A stretch of DNA of 64,000 nt from NCBI GenBank assembly GCA_041648595.1, contig JBAZOQ010000001.1, positions 82,242 through 146,241 of the forward strand, in the 5' to 3' direction. This document shows positions 19,139 through 29,223 of this stretch, one piece after another. The notes under the pieces were generated by a model, which did no database searches, was not told the DNA's origin, and saw only the letters and a list, made by a program, of their open reading frames with translations. Made by a program: the position numbers and the translations under genes. Each line of letters starts with the position of its first letter. The stretch's first letter is position 1. Origin of the DNA: Minisyncoccota bacterium. GTDB lineage: Bacteria > Patescibacteriota > Minisyncoccia > Phycocordibacterales > UBA9973.

Positions 19139-20404
19139 ATGTTAGACATCAAATTCATTCGTGAAAACAAAGAAATAGTGCAAGAAGGTGCAAAGAAAAA
19201 ATTAGTAGATATTGATATTGAAAAACTTGTAACCCTTGACGATGAACGTTTAAAACAACTAAAAGAAGTTGAGGACTTAAGAAGTGAAGTAAATAAAGTT
19301 TCAAACAATATAGCTCGTGACCAAGACCCTGTTCTTAAAAATCAATTAATAGAAGAAATGCGTATTGTAAAAGAAGATATTAAACAAAAAGAAGAGAAAC
19401 TAAAAATTATAATAGAAGAATGGCAGAAAATGATGCTACAAGTTCCTAATGTTCCAGATATTTCTGTTCCTGATGGAAAAAGTGATGAAGAAAATCTTGA
19501 ACTTAGAGCTTGGGGAGAAAAACCAGTATTTGATTTTACACCAAAAGACCATGTTGCAATTGCAGAGAATCTTGATTTGGCAGATTTTGAACGGGGAACA
19601 AAAGTTTCTGGTTTTCGTGGTTATTTTATGAAAAATGATGGAGCATTATTATTCTTTGCTCTTTGGCAATATTTTTTAGATTATTTTGTTAGCCAAGGTT
19701 ACACTCCAATGATTGTGCCTTCACTTGTAAGAAAAGAAACTCTAATGGGTACAGGATATATACCTGGTGGTGAAGATGATTTATATAAAACACAAGATGG
19801 AGAATATTTAGCTGGAACAGGAGAAGTGGCAATGATGTCTTATTATTCTGGAGAAGTTTTACAAAAAGAATCTCTTCCTAAAAAATTTATTGCTTTTTCA
19901 TCTTGTTTTAGACGTGAGGCTGGAGCTCATGGAAAAGACGTGAAGGGAATTATTAGAGTACATGAATTTTTTAAACTCGAACAAATTTTGTTATGTGAAG
20001 CAAGTCATGAAGAATCTGTAAAGCTTCACGAAGAAATAACAAATCATGTAGAGCATTTAATGCAAGAATTAGGTATTCCTTATCGTATTGTTGTGAATTG
20101 TGGTGGCGATCTTGGATTAGGACAAGTTAAAAAATATGACATAGAAGCTTGGATGCCTTCTCAAGATAAGTATAGAGAAACTCATTCATCTTCATATTTT
20201 CATGACTTTCAAACGAGAAGACTTAATATTAAATATAGAGATGAAAATGAAAAATTAAAATATGTTCATTCTTTAAATAATACAGCTTGTGCTACAAGTA
20301 GATTACCAGCAGCTATACTAGAGAACTATCAACAAGCAGATGGTACTGTAAAAATTCCAGAAGTTCTAAAAAAATATATGGGTGGAAAAGATTTCATAAA
20401 ATAA
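19139..20404 (+). CDS. serS: Serine--tRNA ligase
   Basis: MLDIKFIREN, FRREAG, RVHEFFKLE, HSLNNT, ENYQQADG. Confidence 0.96.
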   Translation: MLDIKFIRENKEIVQEGAKKKLVDIDIEKLVTLDDERLKQLKEVEDLRSEVNKVSNNIARDQDPVLKNQLIEEMRIVKEDIKQKEEKLKIIIEEWQKMMLQVPNVPDISVPDGKSDEENLELRAWGEKPVFDFTPKDHVAIAENLDLADFERGTKVSGFRGYFMKNDGALLFFALWQYFLDYFVSQGYTPMIVPSLVRKETLMGTGYIPGGEDDLYKTQDGEYLAGTGEVAMMSYYSGEVLQKESLPKKFIAFSSCFRREAGAHGKDVKGIIRVHEFFKLEQILLCEASHEESVKLHEEITNHVEHLMQELGIPYRIVVNCGGDLGLGQVKKYDIEAWMPSQDKYRETHSSSYFHDFQTRRLNIKYRDENEKLKYVHSLNNTACATSRLPAAILENYQQADGTVKIPEVLKKYMGGKDFIK

Positions 20405-20415
20405 TTTAAAAAGAT

Positions 20416-21327
20416 ATGAAAAAAAGTGTTTTAAGTTCTCCGCGTCTTGTAGAATTAAAAAAAAAGAAGCATCAAATATTAAGAAGAAAAATACTTTTTT
20501 TTCTTCTTTTATTTATATTAATAACTACTTTTTTATCTTTTTTTTCAAAATGGAAAGAAGTAAATATAAATAATATTGTAGTTTTGGGGAATAAGGTTAT
20601 AGAAACTAAAACAATAACAGATCTTGTAAATGAAAAAATTACTGGTAATTATTTTTATTTTTTTCCAAAAACAAATTTTTTATTTTTTCCTAAAAATGAA
20701 ATAATAAAAGGACTTAGAGAAAAATTTAAAAGATTAGATAATATATCTTTAAATATAAAAAACATTAAAACCTTAGAAATATCTCTTTCAGAAAGAACTG
20801 CCTTATATACATGGTGTGGAGATACTTTACCTGAATTAAATAACTTAGAAAGTAATATCACAGATAAAAATAAATGTTATTTTATGGATGAAAATGGCTA
20901 TATTTTTGATGAAGCTCCTTATTTTTCTGATGATGTCTATCTAAAATTTTATGGTAAAACAGATGTTGAACGTTTAGAATCCGGAAGTCCAACATCCGAA
21001 ATAAATCCATCTGGTTCTTATTTTTTACAAACAAATTTTAAAAAGATTATTTCTTTTAAAGAGACAATAAAAAAATTGGGAATGAAACCATCAGCATTTT
21101 TTGCAGAAGATAATGGAGATGCAAAAATGTTTCTTTCTTCTTCTTCGGCGTCAAAAATGGGGCCAAGTATAAATTTTAAAATAGATTTTGACATGAATAA
21201 GGCTATAGAAAATTTACAATCAGTTTTGACAACAGAGCCATTGCAATCTGATTTTAAGAATAAATATAATTCTCTTATTTACATTGACCTAAGGTTTGGA
21301 AATAAAGTATACTACAAATTCCGGTAG
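20416..21327 (+). CDS. FtsQ/DivIB-like cell division protein
   Basis: Single N-terminal TM, POTRA-like region, C-terminal YIDLRFGNKVYYK. Confidence 0.7.
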   Translation: MKKSVLSSPRLVELKKKKHQILRRKILFFLLLFILITTFLSFFSKWKEVNINNIVVLGNKVIETKTITDLVNEKITGNYFYFFPKTNFLFFPKNEIIKGLREKFKRLDNISLNIKNIKTLEISLSERTALYTWCGDTLPELNNLESNITDKNKCYFMDENGYIFDEAPYFSDDVYLKFYGKTDVERLESGSPTSEINPSGSYFLQTNFKKIISFKETIKKLGMKPSAFFAEDNGDAKMFLSSSSASKMGPSINFKIDFDMNKAIENLQSVLTTEPLQSDFKNKYNSLIYIDLRFGNKVYYKFR

Positions 21328-21466
21328 CATATATTTTATAAAACACGACATATTTGCAAGCTTACAAATTGCTATGCTCGTCGTTCAAGAAAAATATAGT
21401 CGGAATACCTCCTTATTTTTCTAAACTCCTGTGCAATGTTTTCTAAAACACATGCTACCGGAATTT
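21316..21466. repeat. Long inverted repeat (~30-bp arms) overlapping the ftsQ-like stop
   Basis: aaattccggtagcat...atgctaccggaattt. Confidence 0.8.
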
Positions 21467-21471
21467 AACAT

Positions 21472-22479
21472 ATGCAAAATTTTTGGCAAAAATTAAATAA
21501 ACCTTTTTTTTGTTTAGCACCAATGTCTGATGTCACTGATATTGCTTTTCGTCGTATTTTGGCGAAATATAGCAAAAACAGAGAAAACAAAGATAGTGTT
21601 ATTTTTTGGACAGAGTTCATAGCTGCTGATGGTCTATGTAATAAGCTCGCTAAAAAAAAGTTGTCTTATATATTAAAATATTCAGAATCTGAGAGGCCAA
21701 TTGTTGCTCAAGTTTTTGGTGCTAATCCGGAAAATATGGAAAAAGCTTGTAGTTATATTGCTAGTCTTGGTTTTGATGGAATAGATATAAATATGGGTTG
21801 TCCAGATAAATCTGTGGTGGCCCAAGGAGCTGGATCTGGTTTGATAAGAACTCCACAACTCGCAAGAAAAATTATACAAGCAGTTCATGCTGGAATAAAA
21901 TCTGCAGGTCTCCATATTCCAATATCAGTTAAAACAAGAATTGGTTTTTCTAAAGAAGAAATAAATACTTGGATACCAGAATTATTAAAAGAAGATATTT
22001 CTGCTTTAATAATTCATTTGCGTACTACAAAAGAATTATCACTCGTCCCAGCACATTGGGATCTAATGAAAAAAATCATTGAATTACGAAATAAAATAAA
22101 TCCAGAAACTTTAATAATTGGCAATGGAGATGTTGAAGATTTAGAAGATGCAAAAAATAAAATACAAGAATATAGTTGCGATGGAGTAATGATAGGTAGG
22201 GGAGTTTTTGGTAATCCTTGGGTATTCATCTCACCCCCAACCCCTCTCCTTATTAAAGAGAGGGTGGAGGAAAAGCTTCAAATTTTAATAGAACACACTC
22301 AAATTTTTGATAAAGAACTTTTGAAACCTAAACATAAAAATTTTTCTGTTATGAAAAAACATTTTAAAGCATATGTGAATGATTTTCCTGGTGCTAAAGA
22401 ATTGAGAGTAAAATTAATGGAAACCAATAATGCCAAAGAAGTAGAAAAAATAATTAATGATTTTTTAAAAAGAAAATAA
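21472..22479 (+). CDS. dus: tRNA-dihydrouridine synthase (Dus family)
   Basis: LAPM, DINMGCP, SVKTRIG, IGNGD, VMIGRG. Confidence 0.9.
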   Translation: MQNFWQKLNKPFFCLAPMSDVTDIAFRRILAKYSKNRENKDSVIFWTEFIAADGLCNKLAKKKLSYILKYSESERPIVAQVFGANPENMEKACSYIASLGFDGIDINMGCPDKSVVAQGAGSGLIRTPQLARKIIQAVHAGIKSAGLHIPISVKTRIGFSKEEINTWIPELLKEDISALIIHLRTTKELSLVPAHWDLMKKIIELRNKINPETLIIGNGDVEDLEDAKNKIQEYSCDGVMIGRGVFGNPWVFISPPTPLLIKERVEEKLQILIEHTQIFDKELLKPKHKNFSVMKKHFKAYVNDFPGAKELRVKLMETNNAKEVEKIINDFLKRK

Positions 22480-22577
22480 AAAGGAATTTCAAAAAATTTC
22501 TGAGCCTTCGCCCTCGGAGTCCGTGAGGACAGGGGACCCACGACTCTTGAAATTCTTTAAATTCCTTTTTATTTTCT
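22471..22577 (+). repeat. Conserved-core hairpin element, copy 1
   Basis: Core tctgagccttcgccctcggagtc...cacgactctt shared with 40900-40999 and 49715-49819. Confidence 0.85.
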
Positions 22578-22599
22578 AAAAATCTGATATAGTTATTCT

Positions 22600-23667
22600 A
22601 TGCACGACTTAGCTTTATATCGTAAATATAGACCTCAGAGCTTTAAAGAAGTCTTAGGGCAAGACCATATTGTAAAGGTCTTAGAGAGTTCTGTGGAGAC
22701 AAATAAAGTTTCTCATGCTTATCTTTTTGTTGGTACTCGTGGTACTGGCAAAACGTCTGTGGCTAGAATTTTTGCTAAAGAAATTGGAGTCTCAGAAAAT
22801 GATCTTTATGAAATAGATGCTGCTTCAAATAGAGGTATTGAAGACATTAGAGAGCTTCGTGATGGAGTGCGTGTATTACCATTTGACTCAAAATACAAGG
22901 TTTATATCATAGATGAGGTGCATATGCTCTCTAAAGACGCTTGGGGGGCATTATTGAAGACATTAGAAGAGCCACCAAAGCATGTGATCTTCATTTTAGC
23001 TACCACAGAAGTCCATAAAGTTCCTGAAACTATTGTGTCTCGTTGTCAGGTTTTTACATTTAGAAAAGCTTCTGATTTAGTTTCTAAAAATATGATTTTA
23101 GAAGTTGCAAAAAAAGAAGGTTTTGAATTGGATAATAGCACAGCAGAATTGATAGCAATACTTGGAGATGGATCTTTCCGTGATGCATTAGGTACTCTTC
23201 AAAAAGTTTTAAATTTTTCTGTTGATTCAAAAGGTGAAAAAGTTAAAAAAATAAATAAAGAAGATGTGGAAAAAATTACAGGCGCACCAAAAACTATTTT
23301 AGTAAATGATTTTATTTCTTCTATTGCTTTAAAAGATTTAGAAAAAGGAATACTGACAATAAGAAAAGCTGCAGCAGAGAATTTAGATATGAAACTTTAT
23401 TTTAAACTTATTATACAAAAGTTTCGCATGGCAGTAATTTTAAAATATGCACCAAAATTAGAAAAAGAAATGGCAGGGGATTTAGGAGAAGAAGATTTAG
23501 AGTTTTTGAAAAAACTTGTTAAACAAGATACTGAAGGTTTACTTCGTTCTAAAGCATTATCTATACTTCTAGAAGCTTATAGCGATATAGATAGAGCATT
23601 TATATCAGAATTACCATTAGAACTTGCACTTATTAAGATTTTGGGGCAAGATAAAGAAGTTAAATAA
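22600..23667 (+). CDS. dnaX: DNA polymerase III gamma/tau
   Basis: LYRKYRP, GTGKTS, EIDAASN, IDEVHML, SRCQ. Confidence 0.95.
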   Translation: MHDLALYRKYRPQSFKEVLGQDHIVKVLESSVETNKVSHAYLFVGTRGTGKTSVARIFAKEIGVSENDLYEIDAASNRGIEDIRELRDGVRVLPFDSKYKVYIIDEVHMLSKDAWGALLKTLEEPPKHVIFILATTEVHKVPETIVSRCQVFTFRKASDLVSKNMILEVAKKEGFELDNSTAELIAILGDGSFRDALGTLQKVLNFSVDSKGEKVKKINKEDVEKITGAPKTILVNDFISSIALKDLEKGILTIRKAAAENLDMKLYFKLIIQKFRMAVILKYAPKLEKEMAGDLGEEDLEFLKKLVKQDTEGLLRSKALSILLEAYSDIDRAFISELPLELALIKILGQDKEVK

Positions 23668-23671
23668 ATAT

Positions 23672-23742
23672 TGGGAGATCGTCTAACGGCAGGACAGCGG
23701 CCTTTGAAGCCGTGAATTATGGTTCGAATCCATATCTCCCAG
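23672..23742 (+). tRNA. tRNA-Gln(UUG)
   Basis: tgggaga/tctccca acceptor stem, loop CTTTGAA, GGTTCGAATCC. Confidence 0.92.
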
Positions 23743-23820
23743 CTAGCTAAAATAACCTTATTTTATAAAGTTATTTTTATTTACCTTAAGTTAAGTTAGA
23801 ATTTTTGATATAATAAAAAC

Positions 23821-24304
23821 ATGCGAAAAGAAATTCAATTAAAAACTAAAGACGAACATATTATTTATGGAACATTTGATTCAGTTAAAAAAAGTAAAAC
23901 CCTATTAATTTTTGTTCATGGATTTACTGGGCATAGAAATGAACACCATAATAGTTTTATGGGATCCTGCAGATAAAATGAAGGATTTAAAAGAAAAAAA
24001 TGCTGAATATAATGCTGATCTAGATAAATATATTTTTAATTCAAGATTAAATATAATTGTTTCTAAAGAATTGGTTGATGAGTGGCAAACTATAGATGTT
24101 GGTAAATTAGCTGAGGAAATAGATATTCCATGTAAATTTATTTTTGCTGGAAATTATAATAAATTAGAAGTATGGAAACCATTTTTAAATAGAATAAAGG
24201 TAGCTAATGAATTTGCAATAGTTGAAGGAGCTAGTCATGTATTTATTGAAGAGGGAGTTGAGCAAAAACTATTTGAAGAAACCCTTAATTATATAAAAGC
24301 ATAA
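23821..24304 (+). pseudogene. Alpha/beta hydrolase remnant with internal deletion and frameshift
   Basis: MRKEIQLKT...LLIFVHGFTGHRNEH in one frame joins IVLWDP...VEGASHVF in another; no GxSxG region. Confidence 0.65.
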
Positions 24305-24352
24305 TAAAAATATAAATTATACTTTTATTTTGTGTTAAAATCGTGGATTTTT

Positions 24353-24550
24353 TTATCTCTTTACCTTCACTAATTTTTTTGAGTTTTTTGATTTAACAAC
24401 ACCATTCTTAAACCAAAATCCAATGGTGCTTTTTCCTATTTTAAGCTTTTCTGCTATTTGATTAAAACTCATTCCTTTTTTTCTAAGCATTACTGCTTTT
24501 TCTTTAATTTTTTTACTATATGAAATCATATAAATTAATAATATGCTCAT
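24353..24550 (-). CDS. Small HTH protein similar to the N-terminus of 9902-10558
   Basis: KAVMLRKKGMSFNQIAEKLKIGKSTIGFWF. Confidence 0.55.
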   Translation of the reverse strand: MSILLIYMISYSKKIKEKAVMLRKKGMSFNQIAEKLKIGKSTIGFWFKNGVVKSKNSKKLVKVKR

Positions 24551-24618
24551 TATCCTTGAAACACAAGTAATTTACCTTAAGGCCAGCACTTTTAATTATA
24601 TTTTGCTATAATAAAATT

Positions 24619-24753
24619 ATGAAAAACATAAGAATCAGTTTTAAATTTTTATGGTATGATTTTTGGATAGGAGCTTTTTATGATAGAAACTCCAAAGTTT
24701 TATATGTTTGTCCATTACCAATGTGTGTTATAAAAATTTGGAAAAGTGAATAA
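24619..24753 (+). CDS. Small hypothetical protein, 44 aa (not in ORF track)
   Basis: MKNIRISFKFLWYDFWIGAFYDRNSKVLYVCPLPMCVIKIWKSE after TGCTATAAT; ends 5 nt before the NUDIX gene. Confidence 0.55.
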   Translation: MKNIRISFKFLWYDFWIGAFYDRNSKVLYVCPLPMCVIKIWKSE

Positions 24754-24758
24754 AATTT

Positions 24759-25274
24759 ATGAATAAAATTCTAGAATTTGGAATAAAAAGAGAAAATGAA
24801 GAGCGACGAGATGGTGGATGTGCTGTTGTTTTTGATACTGAAAGTCAAAGATATGCAGTATATAGAAACCTAAAAAATAAAATATTAGGACTTTATGGTG
24901 GTGGATTTGATGATGGAGAAAATGAAGAACAAGGAGTATTAAGGGAAGTCATTGAAGAAAGTGGTTTATATGATTTTTTATATACAGAAAAAATAGATAA
25001 AGTATTAACTCATTATTTTAATTTTAATAAAAAGAAAAATAGAGTAGCGATGGCTACATGCTTTTTGGTAATCCTGAAATCTAAGAGTTTAAAACCAACT
25101 AATTTTGATGAACATGAAGAATTTGAATTAGAATGGATGACACCTAAAGACTTATTTTTTATTTGGGAAACCAATAGTAAAGATAAAAATTATGACCACT
25201 GGATTTATTTTCTTAAAAAAGCAGTAAATCGTGCTATTGAACTTAGTTATGATACAACTAGTCAGAAAATGTAA
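24759..25274 (+). CDS. NUDIX hydrolase
   Basis: Nudix box GGGFDDGENEEQGVLREVIEESG. Confidence 0.85.
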   Translation: MNKILEFGIKRENEERRDGGCAVVFDTESQRYAVYRNLKNKILGLYGGGFDDGENEEQGVLREVIEESGLYDFLYTEKIDKVLTHYFNFNKKKNRVAMATCFLVILKSKSLKPTNFDEHEEFELEWMTPKDLFFIWETNSKDKNYDHWIYFLKKAVNRAIELSYDTTSQKM

Positions 25275-25363
25275 TATTTGACAGAGTAGTTTTAGAATGC
25301 TATTATGTTTTAATAACTAAAGGTTCTTTTTAATTAAAAAAATATCTTGAAAGGGTTCAAAAA

Positions 25364-25894
25364 ATGGAATTCAAAAAAACTGACCTAATTATTCTTAGTG
25401 AAAAGAAATTGCATGTTAGTTCTTCAGCAATAATACTTTTTGAAAAAATAACAAAATTTCATAGAGAAAAATCAAATGGTTTGTGGATAAAAATTAGGGA
25501 CGTAAAAAATCAATCAAATCGTTTAAATTTACCTATTTTTACCCCCTCAGAAGAAGTTTTGTATATTTGCGACCAAGAAGCTACAGATTTGTTAATTTTG
25601 AAAGATACTGTTTCTAATTTTAATTTTTTTGATAATTATCATTATGAAAAAAGTATAAATGCTGGATCTATTTTATTTAACAAAAATGAAACCCGGTTTC
25701 AATCAACAGTTTCTGGTCTTTTAAGAAAAGAAGATAATATTTTTCTTGCAATGTGTTTAATACCAACAGTATTAAACATAGAAATAGACTTTGTCGTAAA
25801 TCATATTCAGAAAAGAGATAAAGATGCTCTTCCTGAATGTTTTTTTAAAGAAAATCATTATCTTAACAAAATTTTAAAAGTTTTTAAAATATAA
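25364..25894 (+). CDS. Orphan hypothetical protein
   Basis: 176-aa ORF with TTGACA-17-TATTAT promoter and its own terminator. Confidence 0.6.
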   Translation: MEFKKTDLIILSEKKLHVSSSAIILFEKITKFHREKSNGLWIKIRDVKNQSNRLNLPIFTPSEEVLYICDQEATDLLILKDTVSNFNFFDNYHYEKSINAGSILFNKNETRFQSTVSGLLRKEDNIFLAMCLIPTVLNIEIDFVVNHIQKRDKDALPECFFKENHYLNKILKVFKI

Positions 25895-25904
25895 TTTTAA
25901 AAAC

Positions 25905-25934
25905 AAAAAGCCTTGAGAAATCAAGGCTTTTTTT
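25905..25934 (+). terminator. Intrinsic terminator
   Basis: aaaaagccttga-gaaa-tcaaggcttttttt. Confidence 0.8.
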
Positions 25935-25969
25935 ATTTTTGATAATATATTCTACTTTTTCACTTAATA

Positions 25970-26821
25970 ATGTATAATTATATAATGACTTTTAAAAAAT
26001 TTTATATTATTATATTTTTAGTATTTTCTATATTACCAACACAAAAAATATTTGCTCAAACTCCTAATACTGGTTTTGTTTCAGAAAATATTTGGTATTC
26101 AAAAGATCCACTAATGGAAGGGGATAAGGTTCAGATATATACATTTGTTTTTAATCCTGACAGTAGAGAATTATCTGGTACTGTGATTTTCTTTGATAAA
26201 ACTGTTTTATTAGGTAAAAAAGAATTTGTTATACCTCCAAAAGGTGCTAAAGATGTATTTATTAATTGGACTACAACTGCAGGTGACCATATTATTTTTG
26301 CTAAAATAGAAAATGCTAAATTTTTACTTTCAAATGGAAAATATGAAGAAGTATATATAGCCCTAAACGAAACAGAAAAAAACTCTCAAACTATATCTAA
26401 AAAAATAACCTCTGCAGATACAAATACTGACATAAATCCTATTTCCAATATAAGTAATACTGTATCTGATTCTATTTCAAATATTAAAAATATAATAGAA
26501 GAAAAAACACCAAATTTTATAACTCAACCAATACTAGCTACTACAAATAAATTAGAAGAATTAAGAAAAAATATAAACACAACAGGACAACTTAAAAAAG
26601 AAGAAATAAAAAAAGAAATAGAAAACTTAAATTCTACTAAAATAAACAAAGAAGGAAATTCAAAAACAACAAGAAATCCGTTATTAAAACCATTTAAATA
26701 TGTAGAATTATTCTTTGTTTCCACCTTATCTCTAATCCTAAACAATAAAATTCTATTTTATGGAATTTTACTTATTTTAATTTTCTTTATTTTACGTTAT
26801 ATTTGGAAGAAAATTTTCTAA
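25970..26821 (+). CDS. Exported, membrane-anchored protein with Ig/CARDB-like region
   Basis: Signal peptide, beta-rich WTTTAGDHIIFA region, C-terminal TM. Confidence 0.6.
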   Translation: MYNYIMTFKKFYIIIFLVFSILPTQKIFAQTPNTGFVSENIWYSKDPLMEGDKVQIYTFVFNPDSRELSGTVIFFDKTVLLGKKEFVIPPKGAKDVFINWTTTAGDHIIFAKIENAKFLLSNGKYEEVYIALNETEKNSQTISKKITSADTNTDINPISNISNTVSDSISNIKNIIEEKTPNFITQPILATTNKLEELRKNINTTGQLKKEEIKKEIENLNSTKINKEGNSKTTRNPLLKPFKYVELFFVSTLSLILNNKILFYGILLILIFFILRYIWKKIF

Positions 26822-26874
26822 CTTTAAATAAAAAATAAATTTGTATTTTAAATTTAAGTGTGTAGAATAAGCTT

Positions 26875-27138
26875 ATGATACAAAGAATCGTAGCGTCCTT
26901 AATACTTCTTTTTTCTATTCTATATATGCCTTTTTATTTGTCTATAATATTGGCATTAATAGGTATAATATATTTCTCATTTTATTGGGAAAGTGTCTTT
27001 CTATTTTTTATTTCAGATTTAATTTTTGGTATAAAAGAAGAAAAACTTTTAAATATCTATTTCATATCTTTTTTAATATCTTTCATAGTTTTAATATCTA
27101 TAGAATTATTAAAAAGAAAAATTAGAATTTCAAAATGA
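26875..27138 (+). CDS. Small membrane protein, possibly MreD-like
   Basis: Hydrophobic 87 aa overlapping the PBP2 start. Confidence 0.5.
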   Translation: MIQRIVASLILLFSILYMPFYLSIILALIGIIYFSFYWESVFLFFISDLIFGIKEEKLLNIYFISFLISFIVLISIELLKRKIRISK

Positions 27139-28829
27139 TACGAAGAATATTAAGAAAACAAAAAATTAAAAATGCTAATTTTTTTGTAGAACCAGATGAG
27201 ATTTTTCTTGATTCTAAAAATTTACAAAATTTTGATCGTCAACAATTCGAAGGTCGCATAGAAAAACCAATTTCCAAAAAAACTATATTTTTTGTTGGAT
27301 TTTTCTTCTTATTATTTTTAGTAATTTTTTCAACCAGACTTGGATACCTTCAAATAGAAAAAGGGTATGCATATTTAAATAGAAGTCAAAATAATATTTT
27401 AGAAAAACAAATTATTTTTAGTGATAGAGGTATCATTTATGATAGAAATAAAGTAGAGCTTGCTTGGAATAAAAAAAGAGATGATTTACCTACGACAATA
27501 CGTTCATATATATCCCCTGGGTTTTCTCATGTTTTAGGATATGTAAGTTACCCAACACAAGATAAATCAGGAAATTATTGGCAAAGTGAATTTATAGGTA
27601 AAGATGGACTTGAAAAACAATATAATCAAGAATTAAGGGGTGTAAATGGTTCAAAAATAGTAGAGATAGATGCTCGCAAAATAATTCATTCAGAAAATAT
27701 AGTAAATGCTCCTTCACGTGGTGTTGATTTAATTACAACAATAGATTCACGTATTCAATCAGAATTATACACTCTTATTAAGAATCTATCAGCTAGTAAT
27801 TCTTTTTCAGGTGGAGCAGGAGTATTAATTAATATAAAAAATGGAGAAGTTTTAACATCAGTAAGTTTTCCAGAATATGATTCCGAAGTTTTATCTTTGG
27901 GAAAAGATACAGAAAAAATTCAAAACTATTTAAAAGATAAAAGAAAAGTATTTTTAGATAGGACAATTTCAGGACTTTATGTACCGGGTTCTATAGTAAA
28001 ACCATTTTTTGCTATTGGAGCATTAACAGAAGGAATAATTGATCCATACAAAAAAATATTATCAACTGGTTCAATTTCAATACCAAATCCATATTTAAAA
28101 GATCAAGAAACTGTTTTTAAAGACTGGAAAGCACATGGATGGGTAGATATGCGACAAGCATTAGCTGTTTCAAGTGACGTATATTTTTATGAAATTGGTG
28201 GAGGTTTTCAAGGCCAAAAAGGTTTAGGAATTGTTAATATTGAAAAATATGCTTCACTTTTTGGTATTGGACAAAAAACTGGTATTGACCTACCAGATGA
28301 AAAAAGTGGTGTTATACCAAGTCCAGAATGGAAAATAAAAAACTTTAATGGAGAAGTCTGGCGTATTGGAGACACTTATCACACCGTCATAGGACAATAT
28401 GGCTTTCAGGTAACTCCAATGGAAATGGCACGTGCCATATCTGCACTAGCAAACTACGGAACACTTATTACTCCACATTATATTTTAGGAGACAAAGAGA
28501 AAGAAAATATTATTTCAAAAATAAATTTTAAAAAAGAAGATTTTAACACAATCCATGAAGGAATGAGGGAAAGTGTTTTAGTTGGAACTTCTGTTTTACT
28601 AAATGTGCCATATATAAAAGTTGCTTCTAAGACTGGAACAGCGCAACTTGGTATAAATAAAAATAAAGTTAATTCTTGGATTGTTGGTTTCTTTCCATAT
28701 GAAAATCCACAATATGCATTCACTATAATGATGGAAGCGGGACCTTCCTCAAACGGAGTCGGAGCATCATCTATTATGCGCCAACTACTAGATTGGATGT
28801 CTATAAATACCCCAGAATATTTTGAATAA
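27135..28829 (+). CDS. mrdA: Penicillin-binding protein 2 (class B transpeptidase)
   Basis: RGIIYDRN, GKDGLEK, PGSIVK, SSD, KTGTAQ. Confidence 0.88.
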   Translation: MIRRILRKQKIKNANFFVEPDEIFLDSKNLQNFDRQQFEGRIEKPISKKTIFFVGFFFLLFLVIFSTRLGYLQIEKGYAYLNRSQNNILEKQIIFSDRGIIYDRNKVELAWNKKRDDLPTTIRSYISPGFSHVLGYVSYPTQDKSGNYWQSEFIGKDGLEKQYNQELRGVNGSKIVEIDARKIIHSENIVNAPSRGVDLITTIDSRIQSELYTLIKNLSASNSFSGGAGVLINIKNGEVLTSVSFPEYDSEVLSLGKDTEKIQNYLKDKRKVFLDRTISGLYVPGSIVKPFFAIGALTEGIIDPYKKILSTGSISIPNPYLKDQETVFKDWKAHGWVDMRQALAVSSDVYFYEIGGGFQGQKGLGIVNIEKYASLFGIGQKTGIDLPDEKSGVIPSPEWKIKNFNGEVWRIGDTYHTVIGQYGFQVTPMEMARAISALANYGTLITPHYILGDKEKENIISKINFKKEDFNTIHEGMRESVLVGTSVLLNVPYIKVASKTGTAQLGINKNKVNSWIVGFFPYENPQYAFTIMMEAGPSSNGVGASSIMRQLLDWMSINTPEYFE

Positions 28830-28879
28830 AAAGTATTATTTTGTTTTTTTTAATAAATACAGTATAATATTAAGATGAA

Positions 28880-28980
28880 TCCCGTTAGAAGTTAACTATG
28901 CGGGATTGATATTTTAATGATAATCAAGTTATATAATATTATTTATAATTAATGTAATATTAGTATAACTTCTAACGGGA
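28880..28980. mobile_element. MITE-like element at a start codon, copy 2
   Basis: tcccgttagaagtta...taacttctaacggga with 4-bp flanking duplication tgaa. Confidence 0.75.
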
Positions 28981-29201
28981 TGAATAAAGTAAAAATAATT
29001 TTTATATTAAGTGTTTGGATAATAATATTGCCATATTTAGGTTTTCCATATTCATTAAAAAATATACTATTTTCAATTACAGGATTAGTGCTCGTTTATT
29101 TTAGTTATTTACTTTATAATGATTTTAAAAAAGGAGAGTCAAAAGAGAAAAAATTTGATAATTTTTCTGAAAACAGTGATTTCAATGAAGAAAAAAAATA
29201 A
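28980..29201 (+). CDS. Small two-TM membrane protein
   Basis: LSVWIIILPYLGFP hydrophobic hairpin. Confidence 0.6.
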   Translation: MNKVKIIFILSVWIIILPYLGFPYSLKNILFSITGLVLVYFSYLLYNDFKKGESKEKKFDNFSENSDFNEEKK

Positions 29202-29223
29202 TAATTCAAAAAAATATACCAAC

